The notes under the pieces were generated by a model. It worked only from the letters and a program-made list of their open reading frames with translations, searched no databases and was not told the origin of the DNA. Below, in pieces: positions 1-7,549 of a DNA stretch of 64,000 bases (position 1 is the first letter of the stretch; each line of letters starts with the position of its first letter). The DNA lies in IMG/VR virus record IMGVR_UViG_3300031992_000080, positions 12,110-76,109 of that record; one strand, given 5' to 3'. Position numbers and translations under genes: made by a program. Source of the stretch: a virus. Lineage: Duplodnaviria > Caudoviricetes.

Positions 1-232
1 GCGCGGCGTGGCACACGCGGTCGAAGTCGGAGCCGGCCAGCTCGCGGGTGTAGCCGCCCGCGTCCAGGTCTTGGGCGATGAAGTCAAGGGGGGTCTCGGC
101 GTCCCAGACGTGGTAGCCGTGCTCGGCCAGATACTGTCGGCGGGTCGTGCGCTCGACAGGGGCGGGAGCGGTCGCGACCTGCTTCTGCAGGCCGTCTGCG
201 ACGGCGGCGAGAGTTTCGGGAAACGTGTTCAT
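1..232 (-). CDS. Partial CDS (runs off left edge) downstream of replication initiator; possibly a helicase loader
   Basis: ATG at 232, open to window edge (MNTFPETLAAVADGLQKQ...FDRVCHAA); function inferred from position only. Confidence 0.45.
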   Translation of the reverse strand, partial: MNTFPETLAAVADGLQKQVATAPAPVERTTRRQYLAEHGYHVWDAETPLDFIAQDLDAGGYTRELAGSDFDRVCHAA

Positions 233-259
233 GGATGCGTGTCGGTTGGGTGGTGGTGT

Positions 260-1048
260 CTAGATTCCGAGGGCGGCGGTGTCGATTCCGCCCTTCTCCG
301 GCGGCGGTGCGAACTTGGATGGGTCGCGGCGCATGGCCCGGATCTCGAGCCGCTTCTCGGCGCGCGCCCAGTTGCGGATGGATGCGAGAGCGGCCGTCCG
401 TGTCATGGGCGTCGTGTCTGCGGGCTTGAAGCGCCATCCTTGCGCGGCGTAGTAGTCGCGCCAAGCGGCGAGCTGGTCGTCGGTGAGGCCGACGTTGTGG
501 GCCTGCATCTTGAGCGCGGCCCAGTCCTCGACGATGTAGCTCGGCGTGAAGTCGGCGCCTGGGTCGGTGCGGGAGGAAGAGATTTCTTTCTCTCGCGCGC
601 GCGTAGCGCCCTCGATAGAGGGCGCAATTTCTTTTAACTCTCCCTTTCTTTGGTTCTTTCTTTCCGTCTCTTTTTCTTGTTCCGTTGGGTTTCCCTTGGG
701 TTCCGTTAGCTTGACGTTCGCTTCCCCTTCGCTTTCCTTTCGCTTTCCTTTTGCCGCACTTTGGGTTTCCGTTGGGTTCACTTTGGGTTCACTTTGGGTT
801 TTCGGGCGGCCACCGAGAGAACCGTTCTTCCGGTTGGCCTTGATCCGTGCGTGGATCATCTTCGACTCTTCGACCATTGCGATCCAAAGTCCTTCGCATT
901 CACGCGGCACGAAGGTCGGCTCAATATCGTCCTCGATCCAGCTGCACAGCGCCTTGATGAGCCAGCCGGCGGTCTTCTGCGACGCATGGCAGAAGAGCTT
1001 GACTGTTGTCGGACCAAGGAAGGCCGTCTCAATGCGAACGCGCGGCAT
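260..1048 (-). CDS. Phage replication initiator / replisome-organiser-like protein
   Basis: N-terminal helical domain ending NRKNGSLGGRPK, K/E/T-rich linker with internal DNA repeats, C-terminal W-containing helical domain; start taken at MPRVRIE. Confidence 0.6.
   Translation of the reverse strand: MPRVRIETAFLGPTTVKLFCHASQKTAGWLIKALCSWIEDDIEPTFVPRECEGLWIAMVEESKMIHARIKANRKNGSLGGRPKTQSEPKVNPTETQSAAKGKRKESEGEANVKLTEPKGNPTEQEKETERKNQRKGELKEIAPSIEGATRAREKEISSSRTDPGADFTPSYIVEDWAALKMQAHNVGLTDDQLAAWRDYYAAQGWRFKPADTTPMTRTAALASIRNWARAEKRLEIRAMRRDPSKFAPPPEKGGIDTAALGI
685..802. repeat. Iteron-like direct repeats inside the initiator gene (candidate ori)
   Basis: TTGGGTT core six times; four copies at about 11-bp period (759-802, CTTTGGGTTCA-like). 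Confidence 0.5.
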
Positions 1049-1050
1049 GG

Positions 1051-1551
1051 CTAGGCTCGCTTTCCTTTGGCCGGACGACGGGCCGGACGGATCGACCCTG
1101 CGCGCGCGGCATGCGTGCGGCTCGTGGAAGAACGCGGCGCGATTCCGTAGGAGTAGGTCCGGAACCGGACCGCGACGGGGCTGTCCAGGTAGGAGAGCCA
1201 CCACTCGACGGCGCCGTAGGGGAAGCGGACGACGGTCGGTGCGAGGTCGAACGCCGGGATCGGGAAGAGCTTCCGGCGTGCGAAGCGGCGCACCTGCGCG
1301 ACCGTGGCGGGCGAGCCGTCCACGGTCACGAGGTGGCGGACCTGCTCTTCGGTGAGCAGGGGGATCGGCTCGTCCAGCTCCGGCATCGTCGGGTTCGTCC
1401 GGGCGGCGTTCATGAGCCGCACGACCGCAGCCGCGGGAATGGCGAGAGCGCCATGCTCCGACACGGGCAGGTGCGTGTAGACCCAGGTGTGGCCGACTTG
1501 GAGGAGCCGGCCGATCCGCTCGGGCGAGAGAAGGAGAGAGGACGTGGGCAT
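1051..1551 (-). CDS. Putative tandem HTH / excisionase-like DNA-binding protein
   Basis: Two segments resembling Xis-type HTH (LLSPERIGRLLQVGHTWVY; LLTEEQVRHL...PAFDLAPTVVRFPYGAVEWWL). Confidence 0.4.
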   Translation of the reverse strand: MPTSSLLLSPERIGRLLQVGHTWVYTHLPVSEHGALAIPAAAVVRLMNAARTNPTMPELDEPIPLLTEEQVRHLVTVDGSPATVAQVRRFARRKLFPIPAFDLAPTVVRFPYGAVEWWLSYLDSPVAVRFRTYSYGIAPRSSTSRTHAARAGSIRPARRPAKGKRA

Positions 1552-1561
1552 GGCCTGCAGC

Positions 1562-2020
1562 CTACTTGTTGTTCACGACGATCACGACGGGCTTGCCGTC
1601 CGCCTTGATCTCGCCGTCGGCGGCGGGCGCCTCCTCGGGCTCGTCATCCTCGGCGGGCGCTTTCGGGTCTTCCTTCGGCGCGGGCTGTTCGTCCTCGCCA
1701 TTCTCGGCGTCCTTCGCCGCGTCCTTCGTCACGACATCCGCGAGATCGCCGATGATCTCCCGGAGAAGCTTCCTCATCAGGGAGAAGCGCAGCTTGTCTA
1801 GTGCATCCTTCCTGGCGGTCTTCCCCGTTTCGACAACCCTCTTGATGTTGTCCGTGTCGAGCAGATCGACGCTCTTGTCTCCGAGGTAGGCGAGGATTGC
1901 CGCCACCTCTTCTGCCGTGGCGTCATCGAAGTTGTCCGACTTTGCGGAGAATTCAAAGGCGATTCCCTCTTTGCCGTCCTTCTTGAGGGGCTTGGCGGTG
2001 GTTTCGATGATGAGTTTCAT
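1562..2020 (-). CDS. Hypothetical protein with acidic C-terminal tail
   Basis: 152-aa ORF, phage-typical codon use, in operon. Confidence 0.6.
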   Translation of the reverse strand: MKLIIETTAKPLKKDGKEGIAFEFSAKSDNFDDATAEEVAAILAYLGDKSVDLLDTDNIKRVVETGKTARKDALDKLRFSLMRKLLREIIGDLADVVTKDAAKDAENGEDEQPAPKEDPKAPAEDDEPEEAPAADGEIKADGKPVVIVVNNK

Positions 2021-2175
2021 GGTGTGATTGTGATTTGGTTTTGTGGTTTGTGTTTCCTGGTGGAAATGGTTGACTGGTTGTTCTCGCAGGTGGTAGGATG
2101 CGGCGGGTGTGTTCCACCTTGTTGGAACGATTAAGTGCGAGCCGACTCCCCTTCGGAGGTCGCTCGCGCTAGTGG

Positions 2176-2334
2176 TTATTCATCTGCTCCGCGTGTGGTG
2201 TTCTCGTGGGTGTGTTCCACCTTGTCTGCAAGAAAAAGGAGAGCAAGGTCCGACGCAGAAATCTCCGTGATGTCGGACTCTCTCGCAAGCGCATCAAGAG
2301 CCCATTCCGGCATGTCGATGACGAGGTCTTCCAT
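2176..2334 (-). CDS. Small protein, possibly RHH-like regulator
   Basis: GGAGG upstream of MEDLVIDMPEW; coupled to upstream RHH gene. Confidence 0.5.
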   Translation of the reverse strand: MEDLVIDMPEWALDALARESDITEISASDLALLFLADKVEHTHENTTRGADE

Positions 2335-2335
2335 T

Positions 2336-2563
2336 TTACTTTCCTCCGCGAATCTTCGTCCAGTTCTCGGCAATCATTCGCTGAACATCTTTCTTGTCTT
2401 CTTCAGTCAGTTCGACGTGCATCAGCGCGTCAAGAAGAATGTGCCTTGCGTGAGCGGAAGGCGTCTCGTGGTGGAATTCGGCGTCCTTGATGAGCTGTTT
2501 GTAAAGCTCCATCGGGACTCGCAGTTTCAACTGCTTGATTCGTCCTGATTCTTGGTTGCTCAT
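2336..2563 (-). CDS. Arc/ribbon-helix-helix DNA-binding regulator
   Basis: IKQLKLRVPMELYKQLIKDAEFHHETPSAHARHILLDAL fits a beta-alpha-alpha RHH pattern. Confidence 0.6.
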   Translation of the reverse strand: MSNQESGRIKQLKLRVPMELYKQLIKDAEFHHETPSAHARHILLDALMHVELTEEDKKDVQRMIAENWTKIRGGK

Positions 2564-2595
2564 GGGTGGTTTCCTTTGGTGTCCTTGCGAGGTGA

Positions 2596-2625
2596 AATCT
2601 ACCATAGGTGTGTTCCACCTGTCAA
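2596..2625 (-). promoter_or_regulatory. Sigma70-type leftward promoter overlapping an operator
   Basis: TTGACA-N18-TAGATT with TGn extension on the minus strand; the palindromic repeat sits in the spacer. Confidence 0.6.
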
Positions 2626-2701
2626 TAGCATTTTTCGCTTTCTGCGGAATCTTTTTCATTTCTTGCGGAATGCATCTCTACGAGGCGTGTTTCGCAAAAC
2701 G

Positions 2702-2932
2702 ATGTTGTTCGGATGTTTGTTGTTCGCCGGATTGTTCCTCTCGCTGATCATCCATGAAATCAAGGCGAAGGTTTGGCAGGAGGGACGCGGAACGAATCCG
2801 AATCCGGCTGACAAACGGAAGAATCCATACGCGAACGACGAAGCATTTAACTTCAAATTCGGGTTCTGGCTTTATTTCGGATTTCTGATCATAATCCTGC
2901 TTGGTCTACTCGGCTTCGTTGAGGACGATTAG
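2702..2932 (+). CDS. Small two-TM membrane protein, divergent from early genes
   Basis: Hydrophobic segments MLFGCLLFAGLFLSLII and FGFWLYFGFLIIILLGLLGF; locally AT-rich. Confidence 0.55.
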   Translation: MLFGCLLFAGLFLSLIIHEIKAKVWQEGRGTNPNPADKRKNPYANDEAFNFKFGFWLYFGFLIIILLGLLGFVEDD

Positions 2933-4086
2933 TTCTCGTCCGGCAGGTCGTCGAGCTTGTCCGGAGGGACGAGGATTTCCGGCGGCATGACGCGCGCGTC
3001 CTCGGCCTCTTGTTGCGCGGAGGCGCCTGCTTTCGGAGCGGCCAGTCCGCACGCTTCGTCGAACCAGCTTGGCATGCCCTGGATGTTGAACACGATCGCC
3101 GTGCCGATGTTCGCGCCCTTCGCCGCTTGCGTGGCGCTCGTCTCGGCCGCTTTCCTTGCCGCGCTCACGGCGGCCGCCCCCTCCGGGTCGGCGCGCTCCA
3201 GGGCGAGTTCCAGAAGTTTGCTCTCGCGCTTTACTTGCGTCCCGATCTGCCCGTCCTCGTCTTTCGCCACGCGGCCGAAGACCGGGATTTCCTCGCCCTC
3301 GAGGACGCGGCGGCGCAGTTCGTCCTCGTAGAGCTGCTTCTGGGCGATCTGCCTCTGTTCGAGCGCGAGGTCGTAGAGCTTCTGCAGGCCGTCCGGGTCG
3401 GACTTGGCGAGCAGCCGGAGGCGCAGCATGGTGAGCCCGGCATGGTGTTCGACCTCTTCCGTCGGAAGTCCGCGAGCGAGCGCGCCGATACCCTGCAGGA
3501 TCGCCTGCTGGAAGCGGGCCAGGTGAGGTGCAAGGCCGTAGTTGCGGCGGTCCTCCAGGTTGGGGCCCGACGGCTCCTTCTTGTTGCGAGAGCCTTTGCC
3601 GTCCGCGCCGGCGCCGTTTTCCCGGTCGAGGACGAGAGAGGCGATGAGGTCGGCGGCGGTGTCCACGTCTGCCTGCTCCCCCTGCGTGTTCGGCTGGGGC
3701 CACTTGTCGAGCCATTCCGCAAGGCGGGCCGGCAGGGCGAGCGCCGTCTGCGCCTCCTTTGCAAGCCCGGTGTCGTCGAGTTGTTTCACGGGGACTACCT
3801 TCTGTTTCATGTGGCCTAGCTTCCAACGTTGGTATTTGATCGCCTCGTCCGTGTCCGCGTGACCGGGCGGCGGGTGGTATTCGGGGTTCGTCCGGGGTTT
3901 GATCCCTTCGCTCTTGTTGCCGAACTTGCGCTCGGCTTCGCGCGCTTTGTCTTCCTTGCGCGATTTCTTCCATGCGCGCCGGCCGCGCTCCATCGCGGCG
4001 GACTGGTGGCGGTCGATCTGGTTGGTTGTCTTCGGGCGGCGCCCTTCGTGCGTTCGCATGGCGGGAGAGATTCTAGCGCAGGGCAA
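2929..4086 (-). CDS. Terminase small subunit-like protein
   Basis: EDELRRRVLEGEEIPVFG...GTQVKRESKLLELALERADPE resembles the TerS motif 'RRAVEG.EEPVF...G.V.KYSD.LL.F.L....PE' as recalled; start may be 4059. Confidence 0.45.
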   Translation of the reverse strand: MPCARISPAMRTHEGRRPKTTNQIDRHQSAAMERGRRAWKKSRKEDKAREAERKFGNKSEGIKPRTNPEYHPPPGHADTDEAIKYQRWKLGHMKQKVVPVKQLDDTGLAKEAQTALALPARLAEWLDKWPQPNTQGEQADVDTAADLIASLVLDRENGAGADGKGSRNKKEPSGPNLEDRRNYGLAPHLARFQQAILQGIGALARGLPTEEVEHHAGLTMLRLRLLAKSDPDGLQKLYDLALEQRQIAQKQLYEDELRRRVLEGEEIPVFGRVAKDEDGQIGTQVKRESKLLELALERADPEGAAAVSAARKAAETSATQAAKGANIGTAIVFNIQGMPSWFDEACGLAAPKAGASAQQEAEDARVMPPEILVPPDKLDDLPDEN

Positions 4087-4097
4087 CTATTCGCCAC

Positions 4098-4127
4098 TTG
4101 ACTTCCGGCAGCCGCTGGTTGTAGTAT
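4098..4127 (+). promoter_or_regulatory. Rightward sigma70-like promoter with no downstream ORF
   Basis: TTGACT-N18-TAGTAT. Confidence 0.4.
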
Positions 4128-4194
4128 CCGCCCCGTCGCCGCAAAGCGGCGTGAATAGAAACATGTGTTGTTGCTAAAACGGCGCACAAAAGGC

Positions 4195-4230
4195 AAGCCG
4201 CCCCGGACGAGCGATCATCCGGGGCGGCTT
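4195..4230. terminator. GC-rich hairpin, likely intrinsic terminator
   Basis: AAGCCGCCCCGGA / TCCGGGGCGGCTT 13-bp stem. Confidence 0.65.
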
Positions 4231-4253
4231 CCTTGTTGCGGGCTTTGTCTGGA

Positions 4254-4511
4254 TCAGCCGATGCCGTGGTAGCCCTCCCACTTTGCGGCCTCCTCCTCGG
4301 TGACCTCCTCGATCATGCGAACATGATACATGGGGTTGACGAGGTTGATCTGCCCGTATGGCGTGCCGTCCTCCCCGACCCAGACCTGGAGCCCGTAGTT
4401 CGAGGCGGGCGAGTTGCGGGTGGAGTAGACGCGGATATTCACGCCGTCGAACGTGGTGAGCACGGCTTTGTAGCGCTTGCCCATGTCAATGTCTGGAATG
4501 ATCGGATTCAT
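4254..4511 (-). CDS. Hypothetical protein
   Basis: 85-aa ORF with AAGGAAG upstream. Confidence 0.6.
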   Translation of the reverse strand: MNPIIPDIDMGKRYKAVLTTFDGVNIRVYSTRNSPASNYGLQVWVGEDGTPYGQINLVNPMYHVRMIEEVTEEEAAKWEGYHGIG

Positions 4512-4553
4512 CTTGTTGCTTCCTTTGGTTTTGGTTGTTGTCGTTGCGTTCGT

Positions 4554-4883
4554 TCAGCCGAATTGCAGGCCGCGCGTGTGCAGGGCGTTGATTGCGTAGC
4601 GGACAACATCTGCAATCCCGACCTTGTTGCGTCTGGCAATCCGTTCAATGATCTCTTTGTCTGCGTCGGACACGCAGATTGCCGTTAGTGTCCGGCGCGA
4701 TTGTTGCACGGCAATCTTGCAGACCTTCTCGGATTTCTTGTCAATGATGTTGATCGCGACGCGAATGAGTCCGGCGGCGTCAGCTCCCATTTTCTGAAGT
4801 TCGTCAAAATTCGTCTTCTCGTCCGGCGAGAGGAGGAAGTTCACGTAGCGGGTCTTGGTTCGCGGTTTTGGCGTTGTTCTCAT
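4554..4883 (-). CDS. Tandem RHH/CopG-like regulator
   Basis: Two RHH-like units (YVNFLLSPDEKTNFDEL...LIRVAI; AICVSDADKEIIERIARRNKVGIADVVRYAI). Confidence 0.55.
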   Translation of the reverse strand: MRTTPKPRTKTRYVNFLLSPDEKTNFDELQKMGADAAGLIRVAINIIDKKSEKVCKIAVQQSRRTLTAICVSDADKEIIERIARRNKVGIADVVRYAINALHTRGLQFG

Positions 4884-4893
4884 GGCGGTTTTC

Positions 4894-4922
4894 ATATTAT
4901 GTCTTTCCCCTTTCTATGTCAA
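4894..4922 (-). promoter_or_regulatory. Sigma70 promoter
   Basis: TTGACA-N17-TAATAT on minus strand. Confidence 0.65.
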
Positions 4923-4974
4923 GCGCGCCGGGGCGGCGGTTGCCCGCGCGCCCCTTGTTGCGTGCGCTTGTTGC

Positions 4975-5274
4975 TTATGACGGCGATCCGTGGAGCGGGT
5001 CTGGGCCGCTGATCTTCCGCTTGAATCCATCCCATGCTCTTTTGGCAAGCTCAGGCATGGCTTGTTGCAGGTCGGTGAAACGGACTGTGATCGTCGGCCT
5101 ACCTCCTTTGAAGTAGAGATAGACCGTCGCATCTTGCGGCCTCACCCAACAGCTCTCCGACACCTCCGGCCAACCAATCTCGTCCGGCTCTATGTCAACT
5201 TCCGTCCCTGGTTCGTCATGCGAGAAAAGCCCAAGTTGCCCGTGCCATGTGCGGATGATTGATTTGATTTTCAT
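4975..5274 (-). CDS. Hypothetical early protein (QLGLF motif)
   Basis: GGAGG upstream of MKIKSII. Confidence 0.6.
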   Translation of the reverse strand: MKIKSIIRTWHGQLGLFSHDEPGTEVDIEPDEIGWPEVSESCWVRPQDATVYLYFKGGRPTITVRFTDLQQAMPELAKRAWDGFKRKISGPDPLHGSPS

Positions 5275-5276
5275 GG

Positions 5277-5588
5277 TTAGTCCTCCTTGTTGTTGTTGTT
5301 GTTGTTCGTATTGAAGTTGTTGTTCGTCTGGAATTGGACATGACAATCGGCCAGTCTTTTCGTGAATAATCTCATTCGTTCTTCCGTTTCTCGTTCTCCG
5401 CACATGGAACGGACGATCATTCTGTTTCTCGGTTCTGCCGCATCCTCTCTCTGAATGGGAGCGAAATCCGCTTCCCATAGGTCTGCCGCAGAAGTCCCGA
5501 CGAACATTTCGTCAAAGATTTCTCCGGCCTGTCTGAACGCAGGATCGTCACGGAAATCAAACGTCATTGTGGTTGTTGTCTTGCTCAT
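5277..5588 (-). CDS. Hypothetical early protein
   Basis: 103-aa ORF with GGAG RBS, coupled to neighbours. Confidence 0.55.
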   Translation of the reverse strand: MSKTTTTMTFDFRDDPAFRQAGEIFDEMFVGTSAADLWEADFAPIQREDAAEPRNRMIVRSMCGERETEERMRLFTKRLADCHVQFQTNNNFNTNNNNNNKED

Positions 5589-5845
5589 TTGCGAGTCTCC
5601 TTGTTGTGCTTCTTGTTCATGACGGCGTTCGTCTGGTCGGGCTGAAACTTGGCGAGGCAGATCGCGCGCGTCGGGATGCAGAACCGCGCGCAGTTTGAGT
5701 CCGTCCCGTGGATCATGTCGGGGCGGATTTCTGCGAGGTCTTCCGCCCGCCGCACGGCAACGGAAAATCCGTTCGCGAGGTAGATGGAGAGCTGATTTCC
5801 TTCGGGCCAGTTGGCGAGGAAGGTCTGGATGTGTTTCGGGTTCAT
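5585..5845 (-). CDS. Hypothetical early protein
   Basis: 86-aa ORF with AAGGA RBS. Confidence 0.55.
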   Translation of the reverse strand: MNPKHIQTFLANWPEGNQLSIYLANGFSVAVRRAEDLAEIRPDMIHGTDSNCARFCIPTRAICLAKFQPDQTNAVMNKKHNKETRK

Positions 5846-5913
5846 GGTTGTGGTTTCCTTTGTTGAGTGCGCCCCGCCGTCATGGCGGGGGCTTGCTTGT
5901 TGTCGGTTGCGGC

Positions 5914-6456
5914 CTAGCGGATCGGGCGTCCGTAGCAGTCCTTTCCGTCTTGCGCGGCATTCCGCGCCTTCTCAATGTCCGCGAGGTCGTCAAGCCCCCA
6001 CGGGAAGGCTTCGTATGCGGCGCGCGAGACTGGGAAAAGCTCGCAGAGCTTATCTGCGGCGCAATGATAGAGGGTGCTCACGATCGCTTTCGCTTCCGTC
6101 TTTTCGTAATCGTCCGTCTCGCAAGACTGGTAGTTGTAGCATCCAAGAGCCTTGAGCAAGAAGCCGATGCCAGTAAGCCCGTTGAAGTCGGGCGCGCCAT
6201 CGTTGACTTCCGCGAGGGAACCGGGCTTGATTCTGTCGCACCGGGTGTCATAGTGATACTCCGGCGCGGATTTGTTCTCGTTGTAGCGGAAATTCACGGA
6301 GCGGTAGTTTTCGTTCCACAGAATCTGCCCGATCTGGTCTGGGTCTTCTTCGGCGCAGACGAGTTCGCCGTTGTTGTTGATTGCCCGGATTCCAAAGTGC
6401 TTCGCCGCAGAAACGAGGAAGTCAATGTGGGCTTTGCTTACGATCCATGCGCTCAT
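5914..6456 (-). CDS. Conserved phage hypothetical protein
   Basis: GQILWNENYRSVNFRY and LKALGCYNYQSCE motifs recalled from other phage proteins of unknown function. Confidence 0.6.
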   Translation of the reverse strand: MSAWIVSKAHIDFLVSAAKHFGIRAINNNGELVCAEEDPDQIGQILWNENYRSVNFRYNENKSAPEYHYDTRCDRIKPGSLAEVNDGAPDFNGLTGIGFLLKALGCYNYQSCETDDYEKTEAKAIVSTLYHCAADKLCELFPVSRAAYEAFPWGLDDLADIEKARNAAQDGKDCYGRPIR

Positions 6457-6501
6457 GGTTTGTGTTCCTTTCTTTGTTGTTGGTTGTTGGTTGGGTGGTG
6501 G

Positions 6502-6744
6502 TTAGTGCTTCGGTGCGTAGAGCTTGCAGAGTTCGTTGAATTCCTCCGGCGTGAGCGGTTCGTCCGGCGCGTCCGTGTCGGTGTAGGTCACGCCGCACTC
6601 AAGGTTCTTGAACGCGTCAACGGCGCGATCCCGCTCCTCTCCGTCCGTCCCAGCGATCCACTCCATGAGGAAAGCGCGGTATTCGCGCTTGGTCTTGAAG
6701 AGATGTTCTTGCCCGTGGGCTTTGATTCCTATTTTCTTTTTCAT
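6502..6744 (-). CDS. Hypothetical early protein
   Basis: 80-aa ORF with AAGGA RBS. Confidence 0.6.
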   Translation of the reverse strand: MKKKIGIKAHGQEHLFKTKREYRAFLMEWIAGTDGEERDRAVDAFKNLECGVTYTDTDAPDEPLTPEEFNELCKLYAPKH

Positions 6745-6750
6745 GTGTCC

Positions 6751-6963
6751 TTATGCGTGAAAGAGATCATCCATCGCTTCGCGGATCACCGCGTTCACCG
6801 CTTCAGAGATTGCGAGAGCGGCGCGAAATCCACCCTCGTTCATGCCGCTCAACTCGTCACCGATCATGTTGTTCATGGTTGTGATCGCACGATCCAGTCC
6901 CTGCCAGTAGGCTTTTCTGGCGGTCTGGTCTTGTCTGATTTTTGCCTTCATTTCCGTTGTCAT
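6751..6963 (-). CDS. Hypothetical early protein
   Basis: 70-aa ORF with GGAG RBS. Confidence 0.55.
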   Translation of the reverse strand: MTTEMKAKIRQDQTARKAYWQGLDRAITTMNNMIGDELSGMNEGGFRAALAISEAVNAVIREAMDDLFHA

Positions 6964-6996
6964 GGTTTGTTCTCCTTGTTGTCTTTGTTGCGCGCC

Positions 6997-7416
6997 TTAT
7001 TCGGCGGCTCGCTTGCCGAGTTCAAATCCGGCGGCTTCCCCGCGCGCGTCTTTCCACCGCCCGACAACCTCCGCGAGTTCGTCCTTGTTGGTGACGAGTT
7101 CGCCCCAGAAGTAGACGCGGCTTGCGCTTGCGTTCGCTTCAATGTTGAGCGCGTCAAAGTAGGCTACGCGGTCGGGACTGTCCAGATTGTATGGGTCAAG
7201 CCCCGCTTCCTCTGCGACCTTGTAGGCGGCATTGAGCGCGAGATCGTTAAAGAGCGCGTTGCCGACGGCATCGTAAGGCGGCGGGAATTCCTCTAGTTTC
7301 TCCGCGACGAGATCGGGCGTAATGTCCCCGCCCCATGCGCGCGCCCATTCATCAAGCGCGGCGGTGTCCTCACGCCCCAAGCCGAGGGCGAGACTGATTG
7401 CGGTTTTCGTGTCCAT
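6997..7416 (-). CDS. Hypothetical acidic early protein
   Basis: 139-aa ORF with GGAG RBS. Confidence 0.6.
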   Translation of the reverse strand: MDTKTAISLALGLGREDTAALDEWARAWGGDITPDLVAEKLEEFPPPYDAVGNALFNDLALNAAYKVAEEAGLDPYNLDSPDRVAYFDALNIEANASASRVYFWGELVTNKDELAEVVGRWKDARGEAAGFELGKRAAE

Positions 7417-7549
7417 TGTTCTTCTCCTTGTTGTTCTGCCGCGCGGGATGTTGGCGGCGTTTGTTGTTGTTGACTTCCCGCGACACGCCCCTGCGTGTTT
7501 CGGCGCGTAGTCGGCGCGCCATCATCGGGCGGGAGGGGCGTATCGTGTG

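Larger units (their letters stand above)
2105..2620. promoter_or_regulatory. Three operator-like repeats (A/G)GGTG-TGTTC-CACCT
   Basis: GGGTGTGTTCCACCTTGT identical at 2105-2122 and 2208-2225; AGGTGTGTTCCACCT at 2606-2620 has perfect inverted arms AGGTG/CACCT. Confidence 0.6.
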
